Source: Yuukianura sp. NJ FZ-2021 (Eukaryota). From it: a stretch of 64,000 nt of DNA. Under the pieces are notes generated by a model. That model had not been told where the DNA came from. It saw nothing but the letters and a program-made list of their open reading frames with translations, and ran no database searches. Both the position numbers and the translations under genes were made by a program. Below, one piece after another: positions 51,493-64,000 of this stretch (positions are counted from its first letter, which is position 1; each line of letters starts with the position of its first letter). The DNA lies in NCBI GenBank assembly GCA_046563655.1, contig CM102286.1, forward strand, positions 1,054,001 to 1,118,000, given 5' to 3'.

Positions 51493-52473
51493 GTTGAAAG
51501 AAATTGTAATTTTTTTCTAAAAACAAAATTAGGCTAAGAAGTGGAAATCCGGAATGAGTTCGATCGACTTTTGTTGTCATTTATTCCGAAAAGCATTTTT
51601 TTAGCTGTGTAAACGTTGTGTGTTTATGGTTCTCTCGAGACTTCAAAAATTCAAATTTCAAAATTTCGTACGTTGTTGTAAAACAGTTTTCCTTTTGGGA
51701 TCGAAAGATATGCCCTTGACATGTGCTTGACTTTCTTTTGGAATGTTTGACTAAAGTGAAAAACTTGAATCATTAATAAGCAAATGTTTCAAAAAAACAT
51801 TTTTAGACAACAACTTTTGTTTTTGAAGAAGTATTTCATCAACGCCATTTTTTTTTTCGAATTCAACATTTTTCATTTATTTCTACTTGAAATGTCTCTC
51901 AAATGGGTTGATTATTTGTATCTTTGATGTCTCTGAACAACACGTTTGTATGTTTTTGACAATTTTGCACATCATTTTTTTTTCTGTTTGATGTGCACTT
52001 CAAGCCACCATCGATTTGAACCTAAACTAAGTGCACTGACTTCTGTGGAATTAAAACAGAGAAAGGCGTTTTCCAGCCCATTTCTTGTTTTGTTCTACTT
52101 TTCCCCGTGTCGTAAATAATTCAAATCTTCCGTTCCGCTTTCCATGAATTTGTGTCGTCTTTTGATTGGTAGTTTGCCGTTTCCACCTTAGTTGTTAGAA
52201 TTTTTCCAAAAAATATTTCAAAATTTCCTAGAAGAAATAAACAAGAATCAATAGTTGCACAAGGGAGTTCAGCAGTTTCAGCCATATTTTTATTCCACCG
52301 TAATTCAGTTGCAAGTCAACCTTGCAAGTTGCAACCTTGCAAATCAACTTGGCACTTTGTCTAAACAAAATGTAAATTTTCAGTTTTAAACATAACGGAA
52401 AACATTTTTTTGCAATCCATTAGACCTATTTTTGCTCTTTCGCAATCAATAAATCTCACATCATTCAAAACCG

Positions 52474-55400
52474 ATGAAAATGGCACGAATTCTGCCAATC
52501 GAAGAGGTTGAGCCCACCCCAGAAGCTAACAGGTAAGATTTAATTAGCCGATACTGCAACAGCCGCCTTTCTGTTTCCGTTCAAAATTTAAAATTTGAAG
52601 TTGATTATAGCGTTTCAGATCAAAATTTTGTTTTTAGACCACCTCCAAAACAATCGGCTGGAACTAAACTCAAAAAGTTCAAACTTCTGCTCTGGAAAAA
52701 TTACAAAATTCAATCGAGGCATTACATTCAGGGAATTTTGGAAATTTTGCTTCCACTTCTTTTCACAGTGGTTCTGGTAATTGTGCGTGACGTTGTGAAA
52801 GCAGACTTCATCAAAACACCAACTACATACGGTGCTTTTGACCCAGCATCTCCTCCTGTTATTGTTGAAGATGATTGGTAAAGCTAAAATTTAATTATTT
52901 AATTATTTAATTACATTCACATTTTAATTTTGTTCAGTTCTGAAGTTTATTATACGCCAACACATCCTGTGGTCACCAAGTTGATGGAAGTTGTGGAAAC
53001 TTTTTTCAATGACGAACACGACATGAAGTACAAGTGTAAGTAAAATTCAACAAAAATTTGAAGGTCAATGACCTCAGTGACCTTTGAGCTATACATCAAT
53101 GACCTCGTTGACATTTGACATGAAGGTCAATGACCTTTGCAAATTCTCTAGTTACAGGATTTCCCGCAGAAAGAGAGTTGCTGGCAGCTTATGAAAAGAA
53201 AGCGCTGGACACAAGTCTCCAAAATCACAGTTTCGTGTCTGACTCCACAGTGAGCGTCCTTGCAGGAGTAGTTTTTACAAACAAATTTGACCCCAATGAC
53301 CTCGCTTGGCCATCCAACATCCAATACAGTCTTCGCTTTCCAGCACACCAAAGACAGGAGTTTGACTTGATCAGTGAGCGGTTCGGACTCAAAGCAGCTT
53401 GGTTCACGGAAATCGCTTTCCCGCTATTTCAGTTCCTCGGACCTAGAGCTGGAAGTAGCACTGAAGGCGGACTCCCGGGTAAATAATTCAAATTTTCAAG
53501 TTTTGATGTGATGATAAAATTTTTTTCGACATATGTTAATTTTATTTTTTATTTTATTTGAAATTTTAGGTTACTACTCTGAAGGATTCCTTTTCCTTCA
53601 ACAAGCAGTGGACAGGGGAATACTAGAAATGATTTTAAACCATGGCGCCAAAAGTGAGTTGAAAAATACGACATTCTGCTTCAGCGTTTTCCGTATCCGC
53701 CGTACATTGAAGACAAGTATTTGTTTGCACTGCAAGCGTGGCTCCCTCTACTGGTTATGCTTAGCTTCGTCTATCCGGTCATCAACATCACAAAGTCAAT
53801 TGTATATGAAAAGGAAAAACGCCTCAAAGTATGTTTGTTAAATTTTGATTTTGAATTTTTTTCCTGCTAATTTTAATTTCGAATTTGATTTTTAGGAGTC
53901 AATGAAAATGATGGGACTGGACAACTACCTTCACTGGGCAGCCTGGTTTGTCAAATCCTTTGTGTTTCTTTTCATTTCAATCATACTCATGACTTTCTTA
54001 CTCAAGGTGACCTTGACCTTTCAAAAATTCTAAAACAAAATCAAAATATGTTTAATCGAGTGTTTAACTTTTTACGTCCGAAACTGTTTTTCAAAAACTA
54101 GACGCGGTATAATTCCAAACAAGGTCTGGCCGTCCTCAACTACGTCAGTCCAACCGTATTGTTCACAACTCTCGTGGCGCTAATTTTTCAAATCATTGGC
54201 TTCTCATTTTTTGTGTCAACTTTAGCATCAACCGGTAAGTCCAAACTGCCCATAAACTGATCATGCGCAGAACTGATTACCAGTATTGTCAAAAATATGT
54301 ACTAAAAACCCCCAAAATACTGACAAAAAATATTTTCTTTAATCGTCCTAATATTTACTTCTATAACATTTAGGCCATGCGCAAATAACTAAATACTTAG
54401 GAACAAAAACTCCGCAAACATTTTTTATTAACACTACGGGTATGGAGACTTTTTTTTTGTATGTCGTAGCCAATTCTGGTGCAACTGCAGCAGGCGTCTT
54501 GTGGTTCATTTTCTTCTCGCCTTACTTTTTCATCCAACCACGCTACAATCTCTTGTCCAGAGGAGTTAAAATCGCCAGTTGCTTTTTGACCAACAATGCA
54601 ATTGCACTTGCGTGTCAAGTGATGTGCGTTTTTGAAGGAACAGGAACTGGACTACAGTGGAACACGGTCTGGGAAGGATCTGGACCGGACGATGACTTTT
54701 GCATGGGGGACTGCTGGATCATGATGGTCGTCAATGCAATATCCCTGTTTCTACTGGCATTGTATGTCGAAGGAGTTTGGCCTGGGGAATACGGAGTACC
54801 ACTACCGTGGAACTTTCCATTTCAGGTTTTCAAAATAATGGAAATTTGAAATTTTGGGGAATTTTGAAATCGTAATTTGGAACATTTTAGAAATGGTACT
54901 GGACTAGCGGTGTTCGAGGAACACCGGCATCGGAGCGCCTAGGCACGGCACAAACTGCTGGTCCAAATCTACATTCAAACATGATTGAAACGGAACCAAG
55001 TGGAAGCAGGATCGGTGTGCGAATTGTCGATTTGACTAAAAAATTCAAACAGAAATTGGCGGTAAATCATTTGAATTTGAACATGTTCGAAAATCAAATC
55101 ACGGCTCTTCTTGGACACAATGGAGCTGGGAAAACTACAACCATGTCGATGCTCACAGGTACGAACGCAATCATTATTCAAAATTTCATACTCTTTTCGT
55201 GTTTCCAAATCAAAATTTTGAAATTTTTGAAATTTTAAAGGCTTACTGCCTTCTACGAGTGGAACGGCTTTCATAAATGGGTTTGACATTTCGACGGACA
55301 TTGACTCTGTCCGATCCAGTTTGGGAATTTGTCCACAACATGACGTACTTTTTGACGAAATGACTGTTGAGGAGCATTTGAAGTTCTTCTGCTTGGTGAA

Positions 55401-58400
55401 AATATAATTAATGTATTACAAATAATAAGTATTTATATAATATAATTTATTATAATGGAAATAGTTGAAAGGTCAAGAGGAAAGTCTTGTGGACGAAGAA
55501 ATTACGCGCATGATCAAATCAATTGGACTCGAAAACAAAAGAAAAGCACAGTCCCATTCTCTCAGCGGTGGAATGAAACGGAAGTTGAGCGTAGGAATTG
55601 CACTTTGCGGTGGTTCTAAAGTAAAACTAAACTAAATTTAACAAAAAGTTAGTTAACCTAATAACCTAATGTAAAAATATTAGGTTGTACTTCTGGATGA
55701 ACCTACTTCTGGAATGGATCCATCAGCTCGTCGATCTACTTGGGATTTGATTCAAACAGAGAAAAAAGGGAGGACAATAATTTTGTCAACACATTTCATG
55801 GAGGAAGCGGATTTGCTGGGTGACAGAATTGCAATCATGGCAGAAGGGGAGCTACAATGTTGTGGGTCCAGCCTTTTTCTAAAAAAGAAATATGGTAAAC
55901 TTTATTTTTTAAAACATGAAAATTTTGTTTTTGGAATTTGAAAGAACTTTTTGGCTGAAAAGGTGGTGGATATCATTTGATTATCGTCAAAGAGCCAAAT
56001 TGTATCGTTGAGAACATAACTGAACTTCTGCGTAAACGTATTCCTGATGTTGAGGTGGATGCTAACGTGGGAGCAGAACTTAGTTACTCCCTCCCGGAGT
56101 TACTTTCGTTCACTTTTCCAGAAATGTTTGAGGAACTGGAATCTAGAAAAGTGGAACTTGGAATTGCATCTTACGGAGCATCTATTACGACAATGGAAGA
56201 AGTCTTCATAAGAGTAGGGAGAGAAGCCGAGAAAAAACTTGCTGAACGTCTGGAACAAAAAATGGAGCCGCAGCCTGTACATGCTGCGATGGAAATTCCT
56301 GAAACAAAACAGGAATTTGTCAGGAATTCAGGACTGACACTGATCCTGCAGCAGGCATGGGCCATGCTCGTCAAGAAATGCATCTACTCATCTAGAAATC
56401 GTCAACTACTTTTAGGACAGGTCCTATTTAAAAATTTTGAAAACTTCCGATCCTTTTGAAATTTTTTTCGCTTACATAACTTTTCTTTTTACTGTAGATG
56501 GCAATTCCTTCTTTGTACTTGGTAATTGTACTGATATCGCTCAAGACCCTTCCTGGCCTGGAATCACCACCACCTCATACCATGCAACTTTCTGTAAGCT
56601 TGCACGAACTCATGTCACATTATACATGACTATGAATATTGTGTTCCCATTGATATTTAAAAATTACATTTAAGTCTTCTTTATTCAAATTTTAGCGCTA
56701 CGAGACAATAAGTCGAACGTGGACTACAGTTAATTGTGCAAATTTGAGCGCAGTATGCGACGGCTACAGAAACTACATGGAAAATAATGGGTACAGGACA
56801 GAGCCATCTAGCGGAGAAAACTTTATGGAACACATACTCAAAGTGGTAAACACAAATACCTTTGTACTAGACATGCGGTGTAGAGTATCTGCATATAATG
56901 TAAATATATCGATATATACCTTAGGTATAAATATGGTAATATACATGTTGCATAATTATGAAATGAACAGGGTGAAGATGATTTGACACGCTTAAATTTC
57001 AAATATATCGTTGGATTTGAGGAGCGTTTGGACAACAAAGGTAAAACTGAACTCGTGGGATTCTTCAACAACCAACCATTTCATACTCCGCCGTTGGCCT
57101 ACAATTTACTTACCAACGCAATTCTAACTACGTACTCTAACGGCCATAACGTAGAGATAACCAACTATCCATTTCCATACTCAAGTCTAGATGCCATCAA
57201 GCAGGCTGGTACACTCTATGTAAGAACAAATTTACCGTCAACTATAACATTTACAAAATTTGCCGCCAAAGCATCGAATTTGTGATTTTTGAAACTTAGA
57301 CCATTGGATTCCAAGTTGGGTATAACATAAATTTTGGAATGTCTTTCCTCGCCGCTTCGTATGTCGTATTTCTCATCACCGAGAGAGAAACAGGATCAAA
57401 ACATTTGCAATTTGTATCTGGCCTAAAATTTCCAATATACTGGATAGGAAGCTATGTCGTAGACGTCATCAGTTTCGTAATTCCATGTGTTCTGATACTC
57501 ACTTGCCTCGTGGCATTCCAAGTTGAAGATTTTCTCAATCTGGATGTATTTCTACACCTACTGCTACTTTTGACAATATTCGGAGCAAGTGTTATACCGT
57601 ACATGTACATTTGGAGTTACGGATTCACTGTTCCCGCTTCTGGATTCACTCGTATGACAATGTTCAATGTATTTACTGGTAAGCTAAAACTTTGCTACCA
57701 ACGTACAAATGTTTTAACCTTTACCTAAATATGTGCATACAATAACGTAGGCATGGCAACAATGTTAAGTTTTACTATTGTGAGCATTCCCGAACTACGC
57801 TTGGCCTCTGTCGCTGAAACTTTGAACAACATTTTCATAATTTTTCCCAACTATGCTTTGGGAATTGGCATTGTACAACTTGCAACAATTTACCAGATAC
57901 GACTTCAATGCAAACCATTTGAAGCAGTAGGTTACTGCTTGGCCTTTCCAAAAAATTTCTGCTGTTCAAAAGGTCCAAGTTTTATTTAAAAAATTTGATA
58001 AAATTTCAATTTGTTAATTTTGTTTTAATTTTGAAACCAATAGCTATACGATTCATGGACTGGAAGCTGCCTGGAATACTAAAAAATGTTACGATCATGG
58101 CCATCGTCGGATTCATCTCTTTCGTAATTATTCTACTCAAGGAAAGCAAAATATTCACAAGACTATCCGCGTTGATTTTGAAACCAAAGGAATTCGCTGA
58201 CCAATCAGAGAAGGATACTAAAGGTTAGCATCTTTGTGTTGCTGTAATTTATGTTCAGCAATGAAGTTAAGGAAAGTTGAGAACAAATTTTTGGAAATTT
58301 TCAGAAATTTTGGTGGGCGAGGACAACGATGTGAGAGAAGAAGCTGAGCGAATCCGGACAACAAATTTGACTCAGCTGTTTCAATCGGACACCTTAATTC

Positions 58401-59936
58401 TCAGGTTAAACCTCCGAAAACATATCAAAAACTAGAAATTCAAAATTTTAAAACTAAATTGTTGATTTAGGGACCTGACAAAATTGTACGGAAATTTTAC
58501 CGCTGTTGATAAACTAAATTTGGGCGTTCAGCGGGGTCAAACTTTTGGCCTGCTAGGAGTTAACGGTAAAGCTAATTATATATTTTAATCAAAAAAATGT
58601 AAACTACGACTTTACAAAATTTAGGAGCGGGAAAAACAACTTCATTTAAAATGCTTACTGGAGACATTCCAATCTCTGCTGGTGACGCCTTTGTAGCGTC
58701 GTATAGTGTCCGGAACTCTTTGGAAAATGTACATAGGAACTTGGGCTACTGTCCGCAATTCGACGGTCTTATTGGCGAAATGACTGGAACAGAAACGCTG
58801 AGACTATTTTCGCGGTTACGCGGAATTCGCGAATCCGACATTCCCGCCCTTACGACGAAGTTGTCGCATCAGCTGATTTTTTCTCAACATATTGACAAAG
58901 AAGTTCGTCACTACAGGTAGAAGCTTAAGTTCAGGAACCTCAATATTAATACTAAGTTTGTTAGGTTAAGCTTAAGTTACATGCTAACAACTTTGTGTTA
59001 GTGGCGGTAATAAGCGAAAGTTGTCAACTGCAATGGCGTTGGTGGGTAACCCTCCAATTGTATTTCTGGATGAGCCGACTACTGGTATGGATCCAGTAGC
59101 AAGACGCCATTTGTGGGACGCCATATCCATGGTGAGAGCCTCAGGCACAAGCATCATACTCACATCACATAGGTAACTACCAAGATATAAAAAAATATTT
59201 TTGAAAAAAAAATTTTTTTTTGAAACTTTTTATGAAATGTTATCTCAGTATGGAAGAGTGCGATGCTCTGTGCTCTCGTCTAGCAGTGATGGTGAACGGT
59301 AAATTTCGTTGTCTCGGATCGCCCCAGCATTTGAAAAATAAATTTGGAGATGGATACACACTCATTGCACAAACTACTCCCGGCCGTACTGATGGGGAAG
59401 TAACTAGGACAAAGCAGGTTTGTAACCGTAAATTTTTTAATTCGAATAATTTTTTTTTTGAAAAGTTACGTCTTTTGTGAAATTTAGGAATTGGGAAGAC
59501 GACGTAGTTCATTGCCAGCAGAAAAAAGGGCGAAATCAGGAATACAAGCTCAAAGATGGGAGAAGGAATTGGAACCGCTCCGAGAATTTATTGAATCGTC
59601 ATTCCCGAGTACACTTTTTGTTAAACAATTATTAGAATAATTCAATAATTTAAAATTATTTTTGAAGTTGATAAAATTATGTTTTTTTCTTCTAAAATTT
59701 CAGACTCTGTACTCAAAGACATCCATCCTGGGTTCGTGCACTACCATCTCGTTCCTTCTGAAAATGTTTCCTGGGGTCAAATATTTGAGAAAATGGAAAT
59801 TGCTAAAGTCAAATTCCGATTGGATGCTTACTCTGTTGGGCAAACAAGTTTAGAACAAGTTTTTCTAAATTTCACAAAAGCTCAGACTAACATACTCGAC
59901 GTCAAACCCAAACGCAAGTTTCTCAAATTTTGCTAA
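52474..59936 (+). CDS. Full-size ABCA-subfamily transporter (ABCA3-like), about 26 exons
   Basis: First exons 52474-52532 and 52638- give [13 protein letters not shown]1 [35 protein letters not shown]2 [32 protein letters not shown]. Also [10 protein letters not shown] and TSLEQVFL. Exact orthology not established. Confidence 0.93.
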
Positions 59937-60035
59937 AAATTGGTCGTTCCGCTACATCAATCAATCTAACTTTTTGTTTTAGTTTCACCTAAAAGTTAAA
60001 AAATTTTGTCTGTGGTATTTTTAAAACAATTCTAT

Positions 60036-63000
60036 CTAACTGTTGTCATCGACTGGAAACTCTAATCTTGTAATGTAGTAGCCAATATTGGGTCGTACAT
60101 TTTTGGAACTAAAACCAAAATTAAAACAAAGTTAACATTAATTATAATAATGTAATTTACACTAAATTGAAATTGATGAAAAAAAATTTATACTAACTAC
60201 AACTTACTTGGCAACCAAATTGATTTGATCCAAAATCCGCACAAAAAATTTCGTCGGTACAAATGGTTCCCATAAAAGTATAAATTGTTCCATCATGTAA
60301 AGTTGGTCCAACTGAAAACACAGAATCTCCCACTCTGCTTCTTTTTTCAGCGTCTAGTAAATTAAATGTAGCCAATTTAAATCAAAGTTAATTAATTAAG
60401 TCCGTGAACATAATCTAAGCAACAAACAATCTGAGCATGCCAAATTAGATAATTTTCACTAAAATTATATGCTAACCAAACCTAACGCCAATAAATGCCT
60501 AATGCAATTTACCAAGACTAATCCAAATCCACTGTTACATTATGCATAAATTTTGGCTTGCTTAGACTTTTCCATTATATAAGTTTCGTTGTATGTTTCA
60601 AATTAAATTGTTAAATTAATTAATAATTACCTGAATCCCTTCAACAGTTAAACCTATTAAGAGGTTTAGACCTACAATTGTTCCAATGAAAATGAAGAGA
60701 ACGAAAGCCAAGAGTTTTGAAATAGTCAAGAAAGAACTGTAAGACAAATCGTCCGTAGCAATTTTAAAATTTGTGTCAAATTCAAATTCTCCCAACATCA
60801 TCGCAAGGACTTTCACAATTCCGCGTAGACCATAATAGTCGTCACTCTATCTCAGAAAAATTTTCAAAATTATTTTGGTTTAGTATTCAAAATTTCGAGC
60901 ACAAGAAGTGAAATATTGATTGGAAATCGAAGTTACATGAGGTGATAGTGTTTTGAACACAACCATAAAAGCGATTACTAACAGTAAATAGTACGCCAAG
61001 AGCCAGGCTGACTTCGAAGCAACCTATATTGTATTTCAAAAAGAGAATGAGTAGTTCTGTTGAAATTTTACGAATTGTAATTTGCTTAGTTTAAAATTGT
61101 ACGTTTTAAGCTTATTACCTGGAGAAAAAGTCTTATGAAGCTCGGAGACAAGTTGAGTTTTTTCAATTGATGAAAACTGAGTGCAACTCCAAGCAAAACG
61201 ATTGTCTAAAACAAAAAAAAATGAATTAGAAACCGAAATCAGCTATAGATTTTGTTAACTATAAATCTAAAACGTTGGAAAATTCTGGATGAATATTTTG
61301 AATGTACCGCTGTAAGAATCCTTAGGAATTTGTACGGAATAACGCTCGAGTTGTCAATGAAGATAACGAGTGCGAAGATCCAGTAGACCGTTAGAACGCT
61401 AAAAAGTAACTGAAAACTGTTTGACTTCTTTTTGAAATGTTTTTTTGGATTTATGGAAAATTGGTAAACTTCTTTTCCAGCAAATAGCATCGCAAGAGTC
61501 AATGCCACAACTGCAATTGTTGACCCAAATTGCAGGTAATCTTTAGAGTCACACTTCTCCCCTACAATGATTCAAAATAAACAATATATAATTTTGAATT
61601 TTCAACTTCCTAAAAATTAATCAAAGTTTTGGAAACTTCTTCTTTTTTTTGTACAAAATAGTCGTTTTGGTGACATTTCTTCTGCTAGAGCGCTGGTATT
61701 TGTGCTGTTCTTGTTTTCAGCAGGACAATCTTTGACAGTGTAGGCCAAAAAAATGAACATGCAAATGTGCAAGATCTAATAAATTTCAAAAACTTTTCGG
61801 AAATTGAACATATTTTCGGACATACATTTTTGTCAAATTTGTGAATTGTTACTTTTGACAACTTGTCGAACTTTTCTTACGTGAAATGCAAATCCTGCTA
61901 TAATGAATCCTCTTAGACGCTTGAACTTTTCCGTAATAAATTTATGAACGAGTGGGTTTTTGAAAATTTTGCGTCTGATTTTTGAATTCAAGGAATTCGC
62001 TTGTTGCAAAAGATATGTTTCTGGAAACGGTATCGGTTGTCCATTTGCTAGTTCTCCTACAATTGGAAGAAAATCCATAACCTCCAGTTCCTTTTTTCGA
62101 CTAAAACCGTTTTCCCGTTGCACACAATTTTCAAAAACGGGAAGAAGAGCGTCCGGAATTTTTTTGTAAATTGGTTCCAAAAACTCATATTGTAGCCTTA
62201 AAACATAGACAAAAGTTATTTTCGAAAATCATCCATATGATGATCTAAACATTCTACCACTCTGCACGCGCATCCAAGCTTAGAATTTTCAAAATTTCTT
62301 GACAAAGGATGGTTTCGGATTTTGGACATGACTTTCAGCGTGGAAAAGAGCATCAACCCGATAACGCAACAGTCTGAAATTTCACAGACGTCATGTGGCC
62401 TTAGAGTAGAATCGATGTTCAAAAAATTGGCGTGATGCGTTTTCGGGTTCTAGTCCAAAAGTGACGCCAAAGTTGACCATATTCCGACGGAAAAAATCAC
62501 AACTTTTGTTTATTTCCTTCCATCTTGAGGAAAATTGTTTTTAACACTGTTGTGCATACTTTTGAACGTTTCGTGTGCAAACGTTGCACAATTGAAATTA
62601 CAAAAATTGGCGGTTTTAGTGTTGCACAATTTTAAACTCCGGATTTTTTATGCACAATTTTAAACATTTCCTGAATGCGTTTCCTTGGCAAACGCTAATT
62701 ACGTGCTTGTTTGTTACTGAAGTTTTTTTTTCAAAATTATTTTCGAATTTGAGATAAAAAACGTTCGAAAGCTTCGCAGTGTGTTTTGAGTGTTTGAACA
62801 GAACGGAAGTCAGCAATCCTTTGAAAAGTTTAAAGTTTATATACAGTTTTTATACAGTTTTTATAGTTTTTATACAATCATTATACAGTAACTTTAAACA
62901 ACCAATAAGTTTTCTGAAGAACTATATCTTGGTCAAGTGGAAAATGGGACGCTGGCAATGTGGAACATGCCTTCGGAACTTTGAGCAAAAACAAAGAAAA

Positions 63001-64000
63001 TACGTTTCTGGCCACGACTCTATCTGTGGGAAATGCCATATGACCTTGCGTCATGTCACAGGCTCTGTGATTCCTAAGTTGAAAATTGGTAAGTCTAAAT
63101 GGCAAAAGTGATTTAGTAGTATGCAATATTTGAGAAATTGATGTAATATTGATGATATTTTTTCTAGCTATTGCAGCCAGTAAAGCTGTGACTCCAGTTC
63201 CGCCAACTACTAGGAGCAAAGCCAATCGTAACAAGGAATGTGAACTTGTTGCAAGTCAATCTTCGAATATCTCATCCAATGAAGATATGGATGTTGAGTT
63301 TAGCCAAGAGTCAGTTCCACTTTCTCAAGGTAAAAATATTTTAGTTTTTATAGTGTGCAATATTTTTTCAAGTCCGCATTTGGTTTGCATAGCATTTTTT
63401 TAAGTTTTAAATGCGTGATTTTATGTTTCAGACTCTCAACTCACGGAATCATCACAAGACTTGCCACAATTATCGGAAGAAGAGCCTGTTGTTTTGTCCC
63501 AACTATCAAATGCTTCTACAATCTTCACGAATGTGAATTCAATTGAGGTTTCGCAGACTTCCAAAGGTTTCGGATCCCGCGGCAATTTGAAGCACAGTTT
63601 GTCCGCTGCTGTCTTTATGCATACAAAATTTCTCTCGGTCTCGTTCGTATATTAAGTCTGGATGGTTCAAGATCAGTTTGACACATTCCACGCTTCCGTG
63701 TGACGCATCTTCATTTTATAAACACCATTAAAAATTGTAATTTTTTTTATAATATTTTTTGAACTTACTCTCATTTGGAATTATATGGAGGCAAGTTTGT
63801 CCTTTTTCATTCAAAAGAGAGGGATGCAGAAGATGGTCTTTCCAAATTTCGTTGCTTTCCATTTTATAATGCGTCAGTGCAGAAATTCTACGTTCTCCAT
63901 TTTGAATCAACAATTCGCCACTGCCAGATTCAGTGTAAACGTTGAATAAAAATTCAAGAATTTGCCACTTTCCAAACCTGGCGGCCACATGAATCGGACT
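60036..64000 (-). CDS. TRPA-family (pyrexia/painless-like) ankyrin-repeat channel, 5' part outside window, one ankyrin exon interrupted
   Basis: Ankyrin exons (HVAARFG..., KGQTCLH, SSGQTVLQIAA). TM exons 62197-60631 with pore MMLGEFEF and S6 LNLLIGLTV. Post-S6 exon 60353-60208 (TLKKEAEWEILCFQ). Probable last exon 60108-60036. Insertion at 62321-63565. Confidence 0.8.
62321..63565 (+). mobile_element. 1245-bp insertion with 10-bp direct repeat, carrying a truncated spliced zinc-finger ORF
   Basis: ggtttcggat at 62311-62320 and 63566-63575, ends tttgga...tccaaa. Plus-strand exons 62944-63088, 63168-63329, 63432-63565 give CGTC-x18-CGKC followed by an SQ-rich acidic region. Confidence 0.72.

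Noticed and set aside
60193..60375. Cys-containing ORF MATFNLL...
   Set aside because: Another frame of the same DNA is the in-phase post-S6 TRPA exon.

Overview
AT-rich eukaryotic genomic DNA with short GT-AG introns, very likely from an arthropod. A soil hexapod such as a springtail is a plausible guess, not demonstrable here. Gene models were assembled by hand from splice sites and frame continuity. From left to right: a 6-exon Baeyer-Villiger monooxygenase; a ~5.8 kb gene-poor stretch; a divergent ionotropic receptor (IR); a secreted acidic-pro/Gly-rich protein; a small membrane protein; three four-cysteine Kazal genes interleaved with a five-copy divergent IR array (one copy MITE-interrupted, one internally deleted); a soluble acetylcholine-binding-protein-like gene with no transmembrane part; a histidine acid phosphatase; two mucin-stalk type I membrane paralogues plus a relic; a PAN/apple protein; a CUB protein; two ricin-B lectins; another IR; a full ABCA transporter; and the 3' part of a TRPA-family channel. 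The two most notable results are the AChBP-like gene and three insertions with exact target-site duplications inside coding exons of sensory ion-channel genes. In each of the three, precise excision restores the ORF. One insertion belongs to a three-copy CAAGG-terminated MITE family whose end supplies a splice donor, so it may be an introner-type new intron.
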